The notes under the pieces: generated by a model | Seen by the model: only the letters and a program-made list of their open reading frames with translations | Told to the model about the DNA's origin: nothing | Databases searched by the model: none | Origin: Octopus vulgaris | Taxonomy: Eukaryota | Length of the DNA stretch: 64,000 bases | Direction of reading: 5' to 3' | Assembly: GCA_951406725.2 (NCBI GenBank) | Contig: OX597825.1 | Span: forward strand, 71,486,001-71,550,000 | Shown here: one piece after another, positions 27,545-39,904 of the stretch | How the letters are laid out: each line of letters begins with the position of its first letter | How positions within the stretch are numbered: position 1 is the first letter of the stretch | Made by a program: the position numbers and the translations under genes

Positions 27545-29202
27545 TTTATATATTGTATTTTTGAATATCACAATAAATTTACCTTTCACGATGTTTTTAC
27601 AATAAGTATGATACACAGTTAGCTATTTTAATCTAATACTACTTCTATTGCATATTCTATTCTTTCATTTGGTTCAGTCATTTGACTGCGGCCATGCTGG
27701 AGCACTGCCTTTAGTCGAACAAATCAATCCCAGAACTTGTAAGCCTAGTACTTATTCTATCAGTCTCTTCTGCCGAACTGCCAAGTTACGGGAACATGAA
27801 CACACCAGTATTGGTTGTTAAGTGATGATGGGGGAACAAACACAGACGCACACACACACATATGTATATATATATATATATGATGGGCTTCTTTCAGTTT
27901 CCGTCCACCAAATCCACCCACAAGGCTTTGGTCAGCCTGAGGTGTGTGTGTGGTGTGTGTGTATAAAATTAGGGGAGGTAACTCATGTAAACAATTTGGA
28001 AAGGTTGAAAAAATCTGTTGTTATTTCATCCCTAATCAATGCTGATAAAGCAAACTTAGGATCAAAACTATTCCAGCCAAGACCTTCCCAATGATTATTT
28101 TTCTTCAATCATAGCATATTTAGAACTATATTATTCAATGCATCCTTCCCTTTTAAAAATGGTAAGAAAAGATTTGAGGGAAATAGGCTATTGTTTCTAA
28201 CAGACTTCCTCACTGGTTTGAGGAGTGTCCCAATGTTTTGAGATGATGTAGAAGACTAACATTTCGGATAAAATCACTTTTATTGTAATAGATATGAAAA
28301 GAGTGTTGGGAGCTTGTATCACTCACGTATGTATCTTTTACTTATTATTTGTTTCAGCCACTGGGCTATGGCCATGATGGGGCACCTCCTTGAAGAAATT
28401 AATCTAACAAATTAACCCCAACACTTATTTTCCAGTCTGGTACCTATTCTTTTGGGTACTTTTGTCAAACTGCTCAATTACAGGGACGTGAATAAACCAA
28501 CACCTGCTGTCAAGCAGTGGTGGAGGACAAACACTAAGACACACACACTTACTCAACTACAACAAGAACTTGCATGCCCCTCAGTCCCTCCTTTCATACT
28601 TTGACCCCCTCATCTCCTCATAAAATTCCATCCCCTTGTGTTTTGTTGTCGTGTGAACTGCACGGTGATCTCACTAGTGCTGACCTAGCACTCACTGTAA
28701 AGTGGTAACGGTTGGTGTTAGAAAAGTATCAGGCACCAGCACTCACACCAATGCTTTTTACGTAGCACATAATTATGCTATAAACAAATTCAATTTTCAG
28801 ACACTCACATCACCAAAATGTTGGATGCATTTCCTCAAGGGTGCTTGATGAAATGCCTTATAATTTTGAACCACAGTCATATGAGGAATGAAGAAGAACA
28901 TGAGCACAAAGACTCTAAGACAGTGATGAAATGAAATGAAATTTTGCAACTGGTTAAGACCAGTAGCAGCCAGATCAACAGTATGCAAAAGAAGCATTGA
29001 GATGAATACTAATAAGAGAAAGAAACAGACGTATGTGCATCGAGAGGAGGGCATAGGTCAGATAGTATTGAAACATTTTGAAGAACCTCACACTGTCTAC
29101 AGACAATGAGAAAATGAAGAACATGCAAAAAACATTGGAGAAGAACTTTTGCTTGATGTGCTAACGTCACAGCCAGTTTTAGCTTTGCAGCATTTATATT
29201 GT

Positions 29203-29413
29203 TACTCTCTTTACTCTTTTACTTGTTTCAGTCATTTGACTGCGGCCATGCTGGAGCACCGCCTTTTAGTCGAGCAAATCGACCCCAGGACTTATTCTTT
29301 GTAAGCCTAGTACTTATTCTATCGGTCTCTTTTGCCGAACCGCCAAGTAACGGGGACGTAAACATACCAGCATCGGTTGTCAAGCGTTGTTGGGGGGATA
29401 AACACAGACACAA

Positions 29414-29444
<31 letters not shown>

Positions 29445-29522
29445 CAACAGGCTTCTTTCAGTTTCCGTCTACCAAATCCACTCACAAGGCTTTGGTCGGT
29501 CTGAGGCTATAGTAGAAGACAC
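29203..29522 (-). mobile_element. SINE family A, 5'-truncated
   Basis: Body and tail match; head missing. Similar partial copies at about 27657-27940, 28340-28550 and 47938-48290. Confidence 0.85.
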
Positions 29523-29604
29523 TAGGCCTGAATCTTTCTTTAATTCAATGATAACTGTTTCATTAATTCTTTCAGGCACACACACGCATGCACAGAGAGG
29601 GGAG

Positions 29605-29645
<41 letters not shown>

Positions 29646-29667
29646 AAATGAAACAAATTTCAATCAC

Positions 29668-29758
29668 CTGGTTGAATTTGTAAGTTTTGTTCATTCTGAA
29701 GACCAACTGGTTGTTTGGGAATAACGTCTTGATGGTCAATATCATTTCTTTCATGTGG
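29668..29758 (-). CDS. Coding exon of the host gene (PHERNDIDHQDVIPKQPVGLQNEQNLQIQP), phase 0 to 1
   Basis: Acceptor ttttttatag|CCA, 91 nt open, donor CAG|gtgatt. Phases match both neighbouring exons. This frame is not the one shown in the ORF track. Confidence 0.85.
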
Positions 29759-30182
29759 CTATAAAAAACAAAATTACAAAATAAAAAATAAAAAAAACAG
29801 ACTGTAAGTAATGCAGTTAAATGTAAATGCTTTTTAAAATGTTCTTTTAGAATACTACATACCATATTTTCTAGCATACAAGTTGAATTTTTCAAAATTT
29901 ACAGACAAGAATGGTAGGACAGTGTACACACCAAAATGACTTTAGATGACTAAAAATTCCATGTGAAATGCAGCAGGATTTGGAAAGATAGTGACAATGT
30001 GTGAATATTCACACTACATGTTTACACTATATACTACAGTGATTCGAAAGCCAGAAAATATAGTGCATGTTTGTATATGAGTGTGTATATATATATATAT
30101 ATATAAATCCTTAAATCCTTAAAAATGTTTTAGCCCGAAGGCCGCGGCAATGCTGGGGCACCACCACTGATATATATATATA

Positions 30183-30430
30183 TCAGCAAAATTTAGATTC
30201 AGATGAATATGGTACTTAAGTTAAAGGCACCAGAATTTTGTATGGTATTATCCATATAAATCAAATGGGGTGATTATAATCAAAATAAGCAACAAGTATA
30301 TCCTAGGTAGAGTAGTACAATTGTTTCATGCTACTTAATTTTATTAAACACTTACAGTGTTTAATAAAATGAAGTAGCATGAAACAATTGTACTACTCTA
30401 CCTAGGATATACTTGTTGCTTATTTGGATA
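30183..30430. mobile_element. (TA)n-embedded insert ending in a 70-bp-stem hairpin
   Basis: 30283-30352 pairs with 30356-30425 (one mismatch, 3-nt loop); TA-rich flanks. Confidence 0.75.
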
Positions 30431-30454
30431 TATACAAATATATATATAAATATA

Positions 30455-31112
30455 TCTGGCACTCGGCCAGTTACAACGACGAGTGTCCCAACTGATATGA
30501 TCAATGGAACAGCTTGCTCGTGAAATTAATGTGCAAGTGGCTGAGTATTCCACAGACACATATAGTCCTCAAGGAGATTCATGATGACACAGAGTGCAAC
30601 ATGGCTGGCCCTTTTTAAATACAGGCACTACTCATTTTTGCCAGCTGAGTGAACTGGAGCAATGTGAAATAAAGTGTCTTGCTCAAGGACACAACATGTC
30701 ACCCGGAATTGAACTTATGACCTTATGATTGTGAGCTGAATACCCTAACCACTAAGTCATGCGCCTTCACTTTATATAAGGGTGAAGGTAGAAACCCCCT
30801 TCAGTCATGAATGACCATGGGATTGCACCAAGAAAGTTGCCCTCCAAGGCACAAATCCGGGCAAGGTTGTTTATGGAAGACCGGCAATCGCCCATGCATA
30901 CCAGCCTCCCTCTATCCACACACCAACGATATTATCCAAAGGAAAAGCAAAGGATGATACATCTTGGCACAAGTGACATGGCAATTCATTACTGGAGCAA
31001 TGTGGAATAAAGTGTCTTGCTCAAGAACACAACACAGCCTGGTCTAGGAATCGAACTCATAACCACATTATTGTGAGCCTGGTGATCTAACCACTGAGCA
31101 ATGTGCTTTCAC
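30455..31112 (-). mobile_element. Two tandem tRNA-head SINEs with different 3' bodies
   Basis: Shared ACTGGAGCAATGTG(A/G)AATAAAGTGTCTTGCTCAAG..CACAAC segment and tRNA-like heads ending at about 30770 and 31112. Confidence 0.7.
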
Positions 31113-31249
31113 TCACTTTATATATATATATATATTTGTGCTGCTCATGCATGCATGGAAGATGGATGTTAAATGATGGTGATGATCACACACATACACA
31201 CACATTGTAGTCTCTTGAATCTAATTCTGTAATTTTTTGCTGAGCAATT

Positions 31250-31375
31250 ATTCCAGCTCTGGGACCATCAAATCACGTGATTACGACATCATTTTGGTCA
31301 TCTTCTGTGATGCATACTCATCTGACCAAAATGAGGTCAGAAATCACATGATTTGGTGATTTCAGAGCTAGAATA
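31250..31375. repeat. Short palindromic MITE-like element
   Basis: agctct..caaatcacgtgatt..tcattttggtca / tgaccaaaatga..aatcacatgatttg..agagct. Confidence 0.6.
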
Positions 31376-31564
31376 GTGGAGATTTCTCTCCCCACTTGCA
31401 ATATATATTAAGTGTGAAGAACACTGAATAACCAGCTGGAGTAGGTGTCCTCCTGGGGTTAGAAGAGCAGTATCATCTGTTCTTATAGAACACCCATGTT
31501 TAGGTGGCGATAAACATTATCAGTATAAATATTGCTTTTGTCTCTAATAGAGATTTTCTTAACG

Positions 31565-31602
<38 letters not shown>

Positions 31603-32816
31603 ACTCAGCCAGCATAGGTATGCTGGTAACAACATACTGAGACTTTGTCCTTGTCAGTAGAGAAACAGCAATGGTTAGGTGGAAATATGTTAAAACGCTA
31701 AAAAAATTTTTTTTCTTATATTGGCTTTCAATTAAAATTCTAATAAAGTTATTGATTATAATGGTTTCATTACAATGACCACAAAGGTAGGATATAAAAT
31801 AAGAAAATTTTCATGATAAACATGAGACATGTAGGAAAGGTGTGAAAAATATTCAACCCACATTCAGTAGATGAAAATAAAATGAACACAAATTTTATGA
31901 TACAAAAAAGAAAAAAAAAGAGAAAGAAAGAAAGAACAAAATCCTCATATGTTACCCATCAGAATTCATTGAAACTATAACAATATTACAGGTAGTTGAA
32001 ACTGTGTAATTATATATACAGTCTTGTTGAAAGTCTATGTGTATCGCTTGTAACACCATATATTTAATTATTGAAATGTAGAAATAACCTTAACATATTT
32101 TTAGTGTCATACATATGACAACAGCCTTTTGTGTATGTATTAATTGTACTCATACTAAATTAAATCCTGCCTTTCAATCCAGATGTGACTAAATACCTGA
32201 TTTTTCACCAGAATGACTTTTAAAATTTCTGCCTCTTGCCCATTCTTTGAGCTTATGAACTTCTATAGTATTGTAATGTGAGCTAGCATTTTTTAAATTT
32301 TAGCCAGAAGACAAACAGTACTCACAGCCCTTCACAGAGCCTCTGAGACAAGTGCGAAGGAGGGAGGAAGGGTGCCCTCAAACCAGAGACCTGACTTGAA
32401 TGCTAGCAACAAAATGGGTAATACTTACTAAAGGCAAGTAGCTCTAGGAAGGTTGCCATGTCCTTTGCAAGACAAAATAGTCTTCTCTATGTTGTCACTG
32501 TATGTTCACCAACCACTAAACATAATATTCGCTGGGTGTGAATATTGTCATGGCACCAGCACTAGAGAGGTATGCCATGTTCTCAGCAAGGCTAAAAGCA
32601 TTCTGTCAACCTTATATTGTGTCTGTTTGTTCATCAACTACCTTGCAAAGTGCATCCAGTGTATTTTATCAGGGCACCACTGCTAGGAAGATTGCCATCT
32701 CTTCATTAAGTGTAAAGAGTGTTTTCTGTTTGAGTTTTCTCAGTACTTTCAAGGCATCCCTGATTATATAGCTTTTAGAAGTGAATGTGTGTGGGGCTGA
32801 AATACTTAACATGCAT

Positions 32817-33215
32817 ACTCTCTCTTTTTACTCTTTTACTTGTTTCAGTCATTTGGCTGTGGCCATGCTGGAGCACCACCTTTAGTCGAGCAAATCAACC
32901 CCAGGACTTATTCTTTGTAAGCCTAGTACTTATTCTATCGGTCTCTTTTGTCGAACCGCTAAGTTATGGGGACGTAAACACACCAGCATCGGTTGTCAAG
33001 CGATGTTGGGAGGACAAACACATACACACACATACATATATATACATATATACGACGGGCTTCTTTCAGTTTCCGTCTACCAAATCCACTCACAAGGCTT
33101 TGGTCGGCTCGAGGCTATAGTAGAAGGCACTTGCCCAAGGTGCCACGTAGTGGGACTGAACCCGGAACCATGTGGTCCGTAAGCAAGCTACTTACCACAC
33201 AGCCACTCCTACGCA
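32817..33215 (-). mobile_element. SINE family A, full length
   Basis: Same head, core and tail; lies 75 bp into the intron after the Gly-rich exon. Confidence 0.9.
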
Positions 33216-33289
33216 TATGTAGTTTCTGAGAAAGTATATAATTTTGCTTCATAATTAAAAAAAAAAAAGGATCAAAATAATTAACATAC

Positions 33290-33598
33290 CTGTTCCAAAT
33301 GGTTCGGGTTGAGTTTATTTTCGAAAGCATTAAGTTTGTCCATGCCAACATTTTGATGGTTGTTTAGGGCATTTCCGGGCAGGCCTAAATGACTGTTAGC
33401 ACCAGCGCCATCGACACCCAGGCCACCAGCACCAGCACCTGCACCGGCACCATCGCCACCTGCACCAATGCCTCTGACTTCAATACCGCCTGCACCAGCA
33501 CCAGCAGCTCCACCAACACCAGCACCAGCACCACCAACACCAGCACCACCAGCAGCAGCACCAACTCCGGCTCCTCCACCAATGCCAGCACTTTTCTG
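33290..33598 (-). CDS. Coding exon of the host gene, Gly/Ala-rich (QKSAGIGGGAG...NKLNPNHLEQ), phase 0 to 0
   Basis: Polypyrimidine tract then aag|CAG|AAA (NAGNAG, start 33598 or 33595); 103 open codons, GC-rich against its flanks; donor CAG|gtatgt. Confidence 0.85.
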
Positions 33599-33864
33599 CT
33601 TTATTAGAAAAAGTGAAGAGAAAAAACAGAAAAATGAAAATTGAAAACAAAACACATAGATTTATAGTAGTTGTCAATGTTAATGTTTGACTCTAGGTCC
33701 AAAAGGGGTAAATCGATTACATCATCCCCCAGTATTTAACTGGTACAATATCTATAAAAATGATATTTTCTCCAGAAGACACAGGGCTTGACATTTTGGG
33801 TGAAGGGGTTAGTTAGCTTCATTGACCCCAGTTTTTGAGTGGTACTTATTTTATCCACTCTGAC

Positions 33865-34100
33865 AAAAAACTAGAAATGATAAAAGAACAGAGACTACTA
33901 AAAGTCAAAATTGCAAGGACATGTGGGCAATGAGGAGAGTAACTGTTATCCCAGAAGTTGTAGGGACACTCAGAGCACTAACACCCAGGTTCGAGAAATA
34001 TATTGTAGAAACTGGAATTGAGATGAGGGCAGAGCAGGCCCAAAAATCTGCTCTCTTGGGGGCAGCTAGGATTTTGAGATTGTTTCATGGGTGTTGAGTG
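33865..34100 (+). mobile_element. R4/Dong-clade retrotransposon 3' fragment (end of the restriction-like endonuclease region)
   Basis: Translates to MWAMRRVTVIPEVVGTLRALTPRFEKYIVETGIEMRAEQAQKSALLGAARILR, like the family motif WxMxKVxVIPVVIGALG...QKTALLGTARILR. Confidence 0.75.
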
Positions 34101-34478
34101 TCTTCCACCTCTGGAAACATGGGTGTTTCATTTATCAACCTTAAACGAATCTTTTTCAGGGACCTTTTGAGTGGGATGGGCTACTTGACCTGAAGAAAAT
34201 TCTAACTGGCATTCCACCTCCTGCAAGGTCATGTGCTCTTTATCTTGATATAAGGTCACCATGTCATGTACATATGATTGTGACGCATGTGCATAGTTGT
34301 AACCTTATCAGACGAATAGTCATGATAGATATACTGGGTTTTGTATATTTATACCCCACTGTCACTCTGATGGCATGCATTGCTCTCTCACTCAATAATA
34401 ATAATAATAATAATAATCGTAATAATAACAACAACAATAATAATACAAAGTAAGCAGTAGTGTTTTTCTTTTAAAATA

Positions 34479-35374
34479 TTGGGTAATCTCATAAACAATG
34501 CAGTTTTTTTATACTTCTTTTATTTTTCAAAATTAAGATAAACAGAGTTCTTTTTTAATTTAAAATATACTCTCCTTCATTTTCTAGAATGCTCCTTTAT
34601 CTATCAGATAGACTCTCTTACAAAATTCACTTGTCCATAATGAAAAATACTCCTCCAGTATTATTCTGACCTTGTCTACAAAATTCATATTTTTTCTGTC
34701 CAAATGATTTTGAAGACAGTCGAATAAATGATAATCAGATACGACAATGTTTGACAAATATGATGGGTGGGGCATCATTTCCCATTCAAACAACCCCAGT
34801 CTTTGGAATGTCATCCTCTCTGTATGTAGCATTATCCTGATGGAAGAACCAAAGATGGTCATTTTTCTTCTAGCGCTGACTTGAATGACTGATTGAATGA
34901 CCAAATCCAATCTTCTCAGCTAGTTCCTCAACAGTTGCAATGAGATTTTATTCCACTAGGGTTTGCAGGATGTCTTTCATTAAGCTCTACAGATCTTCCA
35001 GGATGAGGCTCGTCTTCTAGGCTGTAGTTTCTGGCTTGGAATTTCTGGAAGCACTGTTGACACTGGTTTACACTTATTGTCTGATCCCCATATACTGCAT
35101 TAATATTCCTCACACTTTCTGTTATGTTGTTACCTTTACTGAACTCATAAAAGCAAGATATACTGAATAAGCTCCTTTGTCACTTCCATTATAGCTTTGA
35201 AAAAATAACTTAAAATTGGACTGCACTCTTCAAAACTTGCACTAAGAATAAGTAGAAGGTAAAATTACTACCTGCTTTTATAGCAAGTTGATGCAGGTAG
35301 TTTATTCTGTCACCCTCCAACTTTTAGTTCATGTATTTAAAAAAAAAAAATGCATTATTTATGGGATGACCCAA
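34479..35374 (-). mobile_element. Internally deleted mariner DNA transposon (transposase pseudogene)
   Basis: TA-flanked TIRs TTGGGTAATCTCATAAACAATGCA / TGCATTATTTATGGGATGACCCAA. Peptides NINAVYGDQTISV...SLEDEPHPGRS (HTH region) and PHPSYLSNIVVSDYHLF (decayed YSPDLAPSDYHLF motif). Confidence 0.92.
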
Positions 35375-37396
35375 TATATTTTATGTTAAATATTAGAAAG
35401 CCTTGCTGTGAGACAAATAAGAATGTAAACACACTCCTTCACTGCTTCTGATAGTCCTCCTGATTTATGCTGTGCTGTATATAAGATACTTCATATTTTA
35501 TTAATGATTACCTGTTAAAAGCACAAATAAAGAAGTGTAATAGTGGTGGTGGTGATGGTGGTGGGTGTACCACTTTTTTTGAAGATAGCACTTCTGGGTC
35601 TGCTGTATAAAACTGTATAGCTTTGTATTGAAATAAAAGTGATTTTAATGTACCCCTCCCTGTGAAGTGGGGAAGATAACAAACTTAAGGATTGCCCCAG
35701 GCAGCGCACACTCTAGCTACACCACTGCACAAATATGTAAATTAAGCTACTAACTATGGTTGATAACCAAGTTTATGACTACTCTACATGACAGCTGAAT
35801 ATTCTCTGTTATTGATCGGAGAACAAAACCCGGTATATCTTCTCTGAAGAGCACCCAACAAATTGTGAAGCAGTCTGTCAATAGATTCCCCTCTCTTTTT
35901 TGCTGCAAAGCAAAGTATAGAAAGAATGTGTTTACTTGGTTATTTTTTTCAGAGCTAAGCTTTCTAATACCAAATTTATTCCCGTCATTTTGATTTATGC
36001 AGTGTTGGGCTGCCAGTACCACCTGACTGGCCCTCATGCCAGTGGCACATAAAAGCACCCACTACACTCTCAGAGTGGTTGGTGTTAGGAAGGGCATCCA
36101 GCTGTGGAAACTCTGCCAGATCAGATTGGAGCCTGATCAGTGAAATTTGGACAAAGTCTAGTATGAGAGTAGGGGTTATGCAACAAAATCAAGTGTGTGA
36201 GGAGAGGCTATATAACAAAGTCAGCTATTTGAGGAGGGGTTATACAATAAAGTCAGGTATATTTCTATCTGAAATTTTGCAATGAGGTATTATCATTATA
36301 CATATATATATATATGGATTAGTGTCCTCTTATTGGTGTTATAGTGTAAGTGTTTCAACCATTCAGCCTGCTGAATTTGAAACTGAATCCTTTATTCAAT
36401 GAAATCAACCTATCATGATGGACTGAATGCAAAGTTCCGAGAACTGCACTTGACTGTTTTTTAAAATGATCAGAAAGTACAATGGAGGAAACACTGTGAC
36501 TAACAAACAAGTTGAAAAAAAAAAAACTAGTATGAATACGTCAGTATATGATAAAGTTAAGTATAGTTAAAGGTCTCAAAGTTAAGTAGATGTTGCTGAA
36601 AGCAGGGTTGCTGGTTCATTTAAGAGTTAAAGTCTTCACATCAGTGATTTGTGATTCACTGTGATTACAGTCAGTAGATCAATATTTTGGGTCTCACCAT
36701 GGCAAAAATATGCAATACTGAATGGCCTGGTCTATCACCATCATCTTCATATAATGACCATATTCCATGCTGGCACGAGCTAGATGGTTTGCCACAATTT
36801 GATGGCTTTCAGGGCTGTGTCATGTTTAAGTGTCTACTTTGGTATAGTTTTTTTATGACTGGATGCCCTTCCTAACATCAACCACCATAGAGTACTGGGT
36901 GCAAATTTTTTGTGCCACCAGCACTGGTTGAAGTCATGTAGTTTGCAAGACTACACCCCTCAAGAGAGCAACTTTATCTTAGGAGACATGGGGAGAAAAA
37001 GATGGGTAGAAATATGAGAAAAGGGACCAGAGCAGAACAGGTTTTTCTTCACATATTAGAAGAGGGAATGGGAGCAATGGAGTGCAGCTGAAGAACAATG
37101 GAGTGATGAATAGATGACTCTGAGTACTGAGCAGCAGATTAGCTATAAATAGCTAACATGTAATATGGAAGGAAATGTAGCTTGGATGGGCTTAATGTGT
37201 TATCCACCTGGTCCTTGGGTGCCTTTTGCAATATTTAGGCAATGCTTTCAATTGAGGCTAACACAATAACTTGATGTGCTGTTCCATTTTGTAGTCATCT
37301 ATGGGTTGCTGTTTGTTCTTGTGTCCCTCCTGATCAACCACCTGCAACCATCAATGTCAGATACAACACTCATTGATACTGCTCTTCAGCTTCTAA

Positions 37397-37622
37397 TAAA
37401 AATAAATAAATGCACCCTTTTAAAGCCTAGCCAGGCTCATGGGCCCGGTTTCAATGGCGTATGTGTTCCCCAGCTGGATGGGACGCCAGTCCATCGCAGC
37501 GTTACTCAATATGAAATGAAGTGTTTTGCTCAAGAACACAACATGTTGCTTGGTCCAGGAATCGAAACCACAATCTTACGATCATGAGTTCAACACTCTA
37601 ACCACTAAGCCACGCGCCTCCA
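37397..37622 (-). mobile_element. tRNA-head SINE with a V-domain-like core
   Basis: Minus strand GAGGCGCGTGGCTTAGTGGTTAG..GGTTTCGATTCC head and CTGCGATGGACTGGCGTCCCATCCAG domain; a decayed relative at about 1930-2200. Confidence 0.65.
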
Positions 37623-38340
37623 AGCTCTTCAGCTTCTAAGACATAAAAAAGAAATTCAGAACAATTTCTCCCTAAAAGAAAAATACTTCCCACATGTCTG
37701 TATGCATGCACACACATGGCTGTGTGGGCTAAGATATTAGCTTTGTAACTATGTGGTTTCAAGTCTAGTCCCACCTGCAGAATCTTGGACAAGTGTCTTC
37801 TATTTTAGCCATCGGTCGTCTATGCCTTGTGAGCGAGTCTGGCAAATGGAAATTATAATGGCCCTCATTGTGTGTATGTGTTTCTGTGTGCATGTGCACC
37901 CTTATATATGCACAGATGTATTTAAATATTGATGTCAACATCTTAATAAAACACTGCTGATGTTTACTCTCCATATTGACATAGCAAATGACTTCTGGAA
38001 TACAGAAGACCCCTTACATGAAAAAAACAAAAAACAGGTGAGGATTAGTGACAGGAAGAGCATCTTGCCATAAAATTTTGCTTTAAAAATTAATTCCAAT
38101 CTAGGCCATGTGAGCATAAAAACAAATAAAAACAGCAGATTAAACAAATAAACAAATGATATACAATAGACTTTCATAAACTTTCTGTCTACCAAATTTT
38201 ACTGGAAAGATATTGGTCAAACTGTGACCATGATAGATAACAACTGCTTAAGATGGTATATACTGTGACTGAACCTGTAGCTATTATATAGTTATGAAGT
38301 GAAGTTTCAAATCACAAGGCTATGTTTGTGACCACTGTCA

Positions 38341-38734
38341 TCTCTCTATATATAAAGCTGAAGTTGTCTGTGTATGGCAGGTTTGGTAGCCTTCAACTAG
38401 CACTATCTCCTTCGAGACCCTGCGGTGCAAGTCGACCAAAATTGAGAGTATGATAGAAGAAGGCTTGCTCTTCCTTCTGTAGAAGAAAAAATTCAAATCG
38501 GACCATGTTAAGACCAAAAATTATTTACATCAAAAAGGTGCTTTTTTTTTCAATGGGAATCCCTATTTTTTACGATTTTTTGACTGCTGTGTCACCATTT
38601 TTCAGTGTATTTCAACCAGAAAAATGTTCATTTAAAGAGAATAATAAGCTACATAATGCAAAATTTTTACTTTTCAAAAATTCCAATTCTAAAGAGTCGA
38701 AACAAACCCGAGCAACGCCGGGCGATACTGCTAG
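38341..38734 (+). mobile_element. Non-autonomous Helitron, family 1 (second copy)
   Basis: a|TCTCTCTATATATAAAGCTG...CCCGAGCAACGCCGGGCGATACTGCTAG|t. Confidence 0.85.
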
Positions 38735-39115
38735 TAATTTCTATAGTTGAAATGTATTAGATACGATGAGAGAAAAATATCTAATAAAATGTTGAATAAA
38801 TGAATAGAAAAATATTAGAAAGTGAAAATAAAAAGAAAGTTGCAAAAAGAAAAAAAACGTTACAAGGAAACATTTTGAAAAGTGACAAGTTCTGTCTTGT
38901 CTTGTCAATCCAGCTATGAATCCCAGAATACATTTCTGTGTGTTTGGACATCTTCAAAAGTAACTAAAATAACTCAACAGTTCTCTCACTTTCTCTCTGG
39001 TGGCAGTGGATTGGTTAGTAGCAGCAGTTTGGCATACATGTCAAAACTGCGAAGTTTATGTTATGATGCGATGCAAAGAAGCAGACAGCGGGGACAAAGG
39101 GCCAAGGCAACATAC

Positions 39116-39143
39116 CACCCCACCACCCTTCCCGCTTCCCCAA
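39116..39143 (-). CDS. Probable 28-nt coding micro-exon of the host gene (phase 2 to 0; x-WGSGKGGGV)
   Basis: Minus strand: long T tract, ttggcag|TTGGGGAAGCGGGAAGGGTGGTGGGGTG|gtatgt. The phase-0 exit joins the next Gly-rich exon in frame and the composition matches. Confidence 0.55.
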
Positions 39144-39904
39144 CTGCCAATAAAAAAAATAAAAATAATACAAATCCTTTCCACTTCATAAAAAAGAAAG
39201 AAAATAGAGGATGGGGGTAGGATCTTATTTTTCTGACCAAGCTATTTAACAATTTAAAATTCTCCTTAATCATATTTCCAACCATTTTTATATTGATATT
39301 TTACTGATATTAAGTTATAATAATAGTAGTAGTAGTAGTAGTAGTAGCAATAGTAAATTGAGAAGATGTATGATCAGAGATAATTTCAATAGAGACTGAC
39401 TGGTTGTTTTGTAGAGGTCGTGCATTCAAGAGTACATTGTATGCACCCTGCCTTTTCAGTTTCTAAGTTCCAAGTTTCCATGGTAATTGCATGAGTTGGA
39501 CAGCTCTTTTTGAACCATTGTTTTATGACAGGGTCACCAACCCTGGTACCAACCCTTACGCCAAGGTTGATAAGATAAAGTTTATCAGGCTAACAAGTTT
39601 CCCATGTATATTAAGTCTGTCCTTTCTGATGATACTGATATTTATCCAAAAGAAAGGACAACAACTTGGACTACTCCAGCAGGGAATCAGTGCCATTGCA
39701 GAGATTGCAGTCAAAACAAAAAAGTGGAACAAACACCACAAGGCATCTTGTCCAACCTTCTGGCAGTCCTACCAGTCCACTGTCTTCAATTGGAATTCAT
39801 GATTGACCTTGAAAGGATGAAAGGCAAAGCTGACACCAATGGAATTTGAACTCAGGGTGCTGAGAGTTAGAACAGACACCATGAGGTATTGTATCCAAAC
39901 CACC

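Noticed and set aside
28797-29150. 85-aa minus-strand ORF
   Set aside because: No splice support; the + strand looks like a heavily decayed LINE remnant that is too degraded to call.
33385-33677. Alternative frames over the Gly-rich exon (V/L-rich, W/C-rich, T/S-rich)
   Set aside because: Shadow frames of the GGTGCT repeat; only the Gly frame fits the splice phases.
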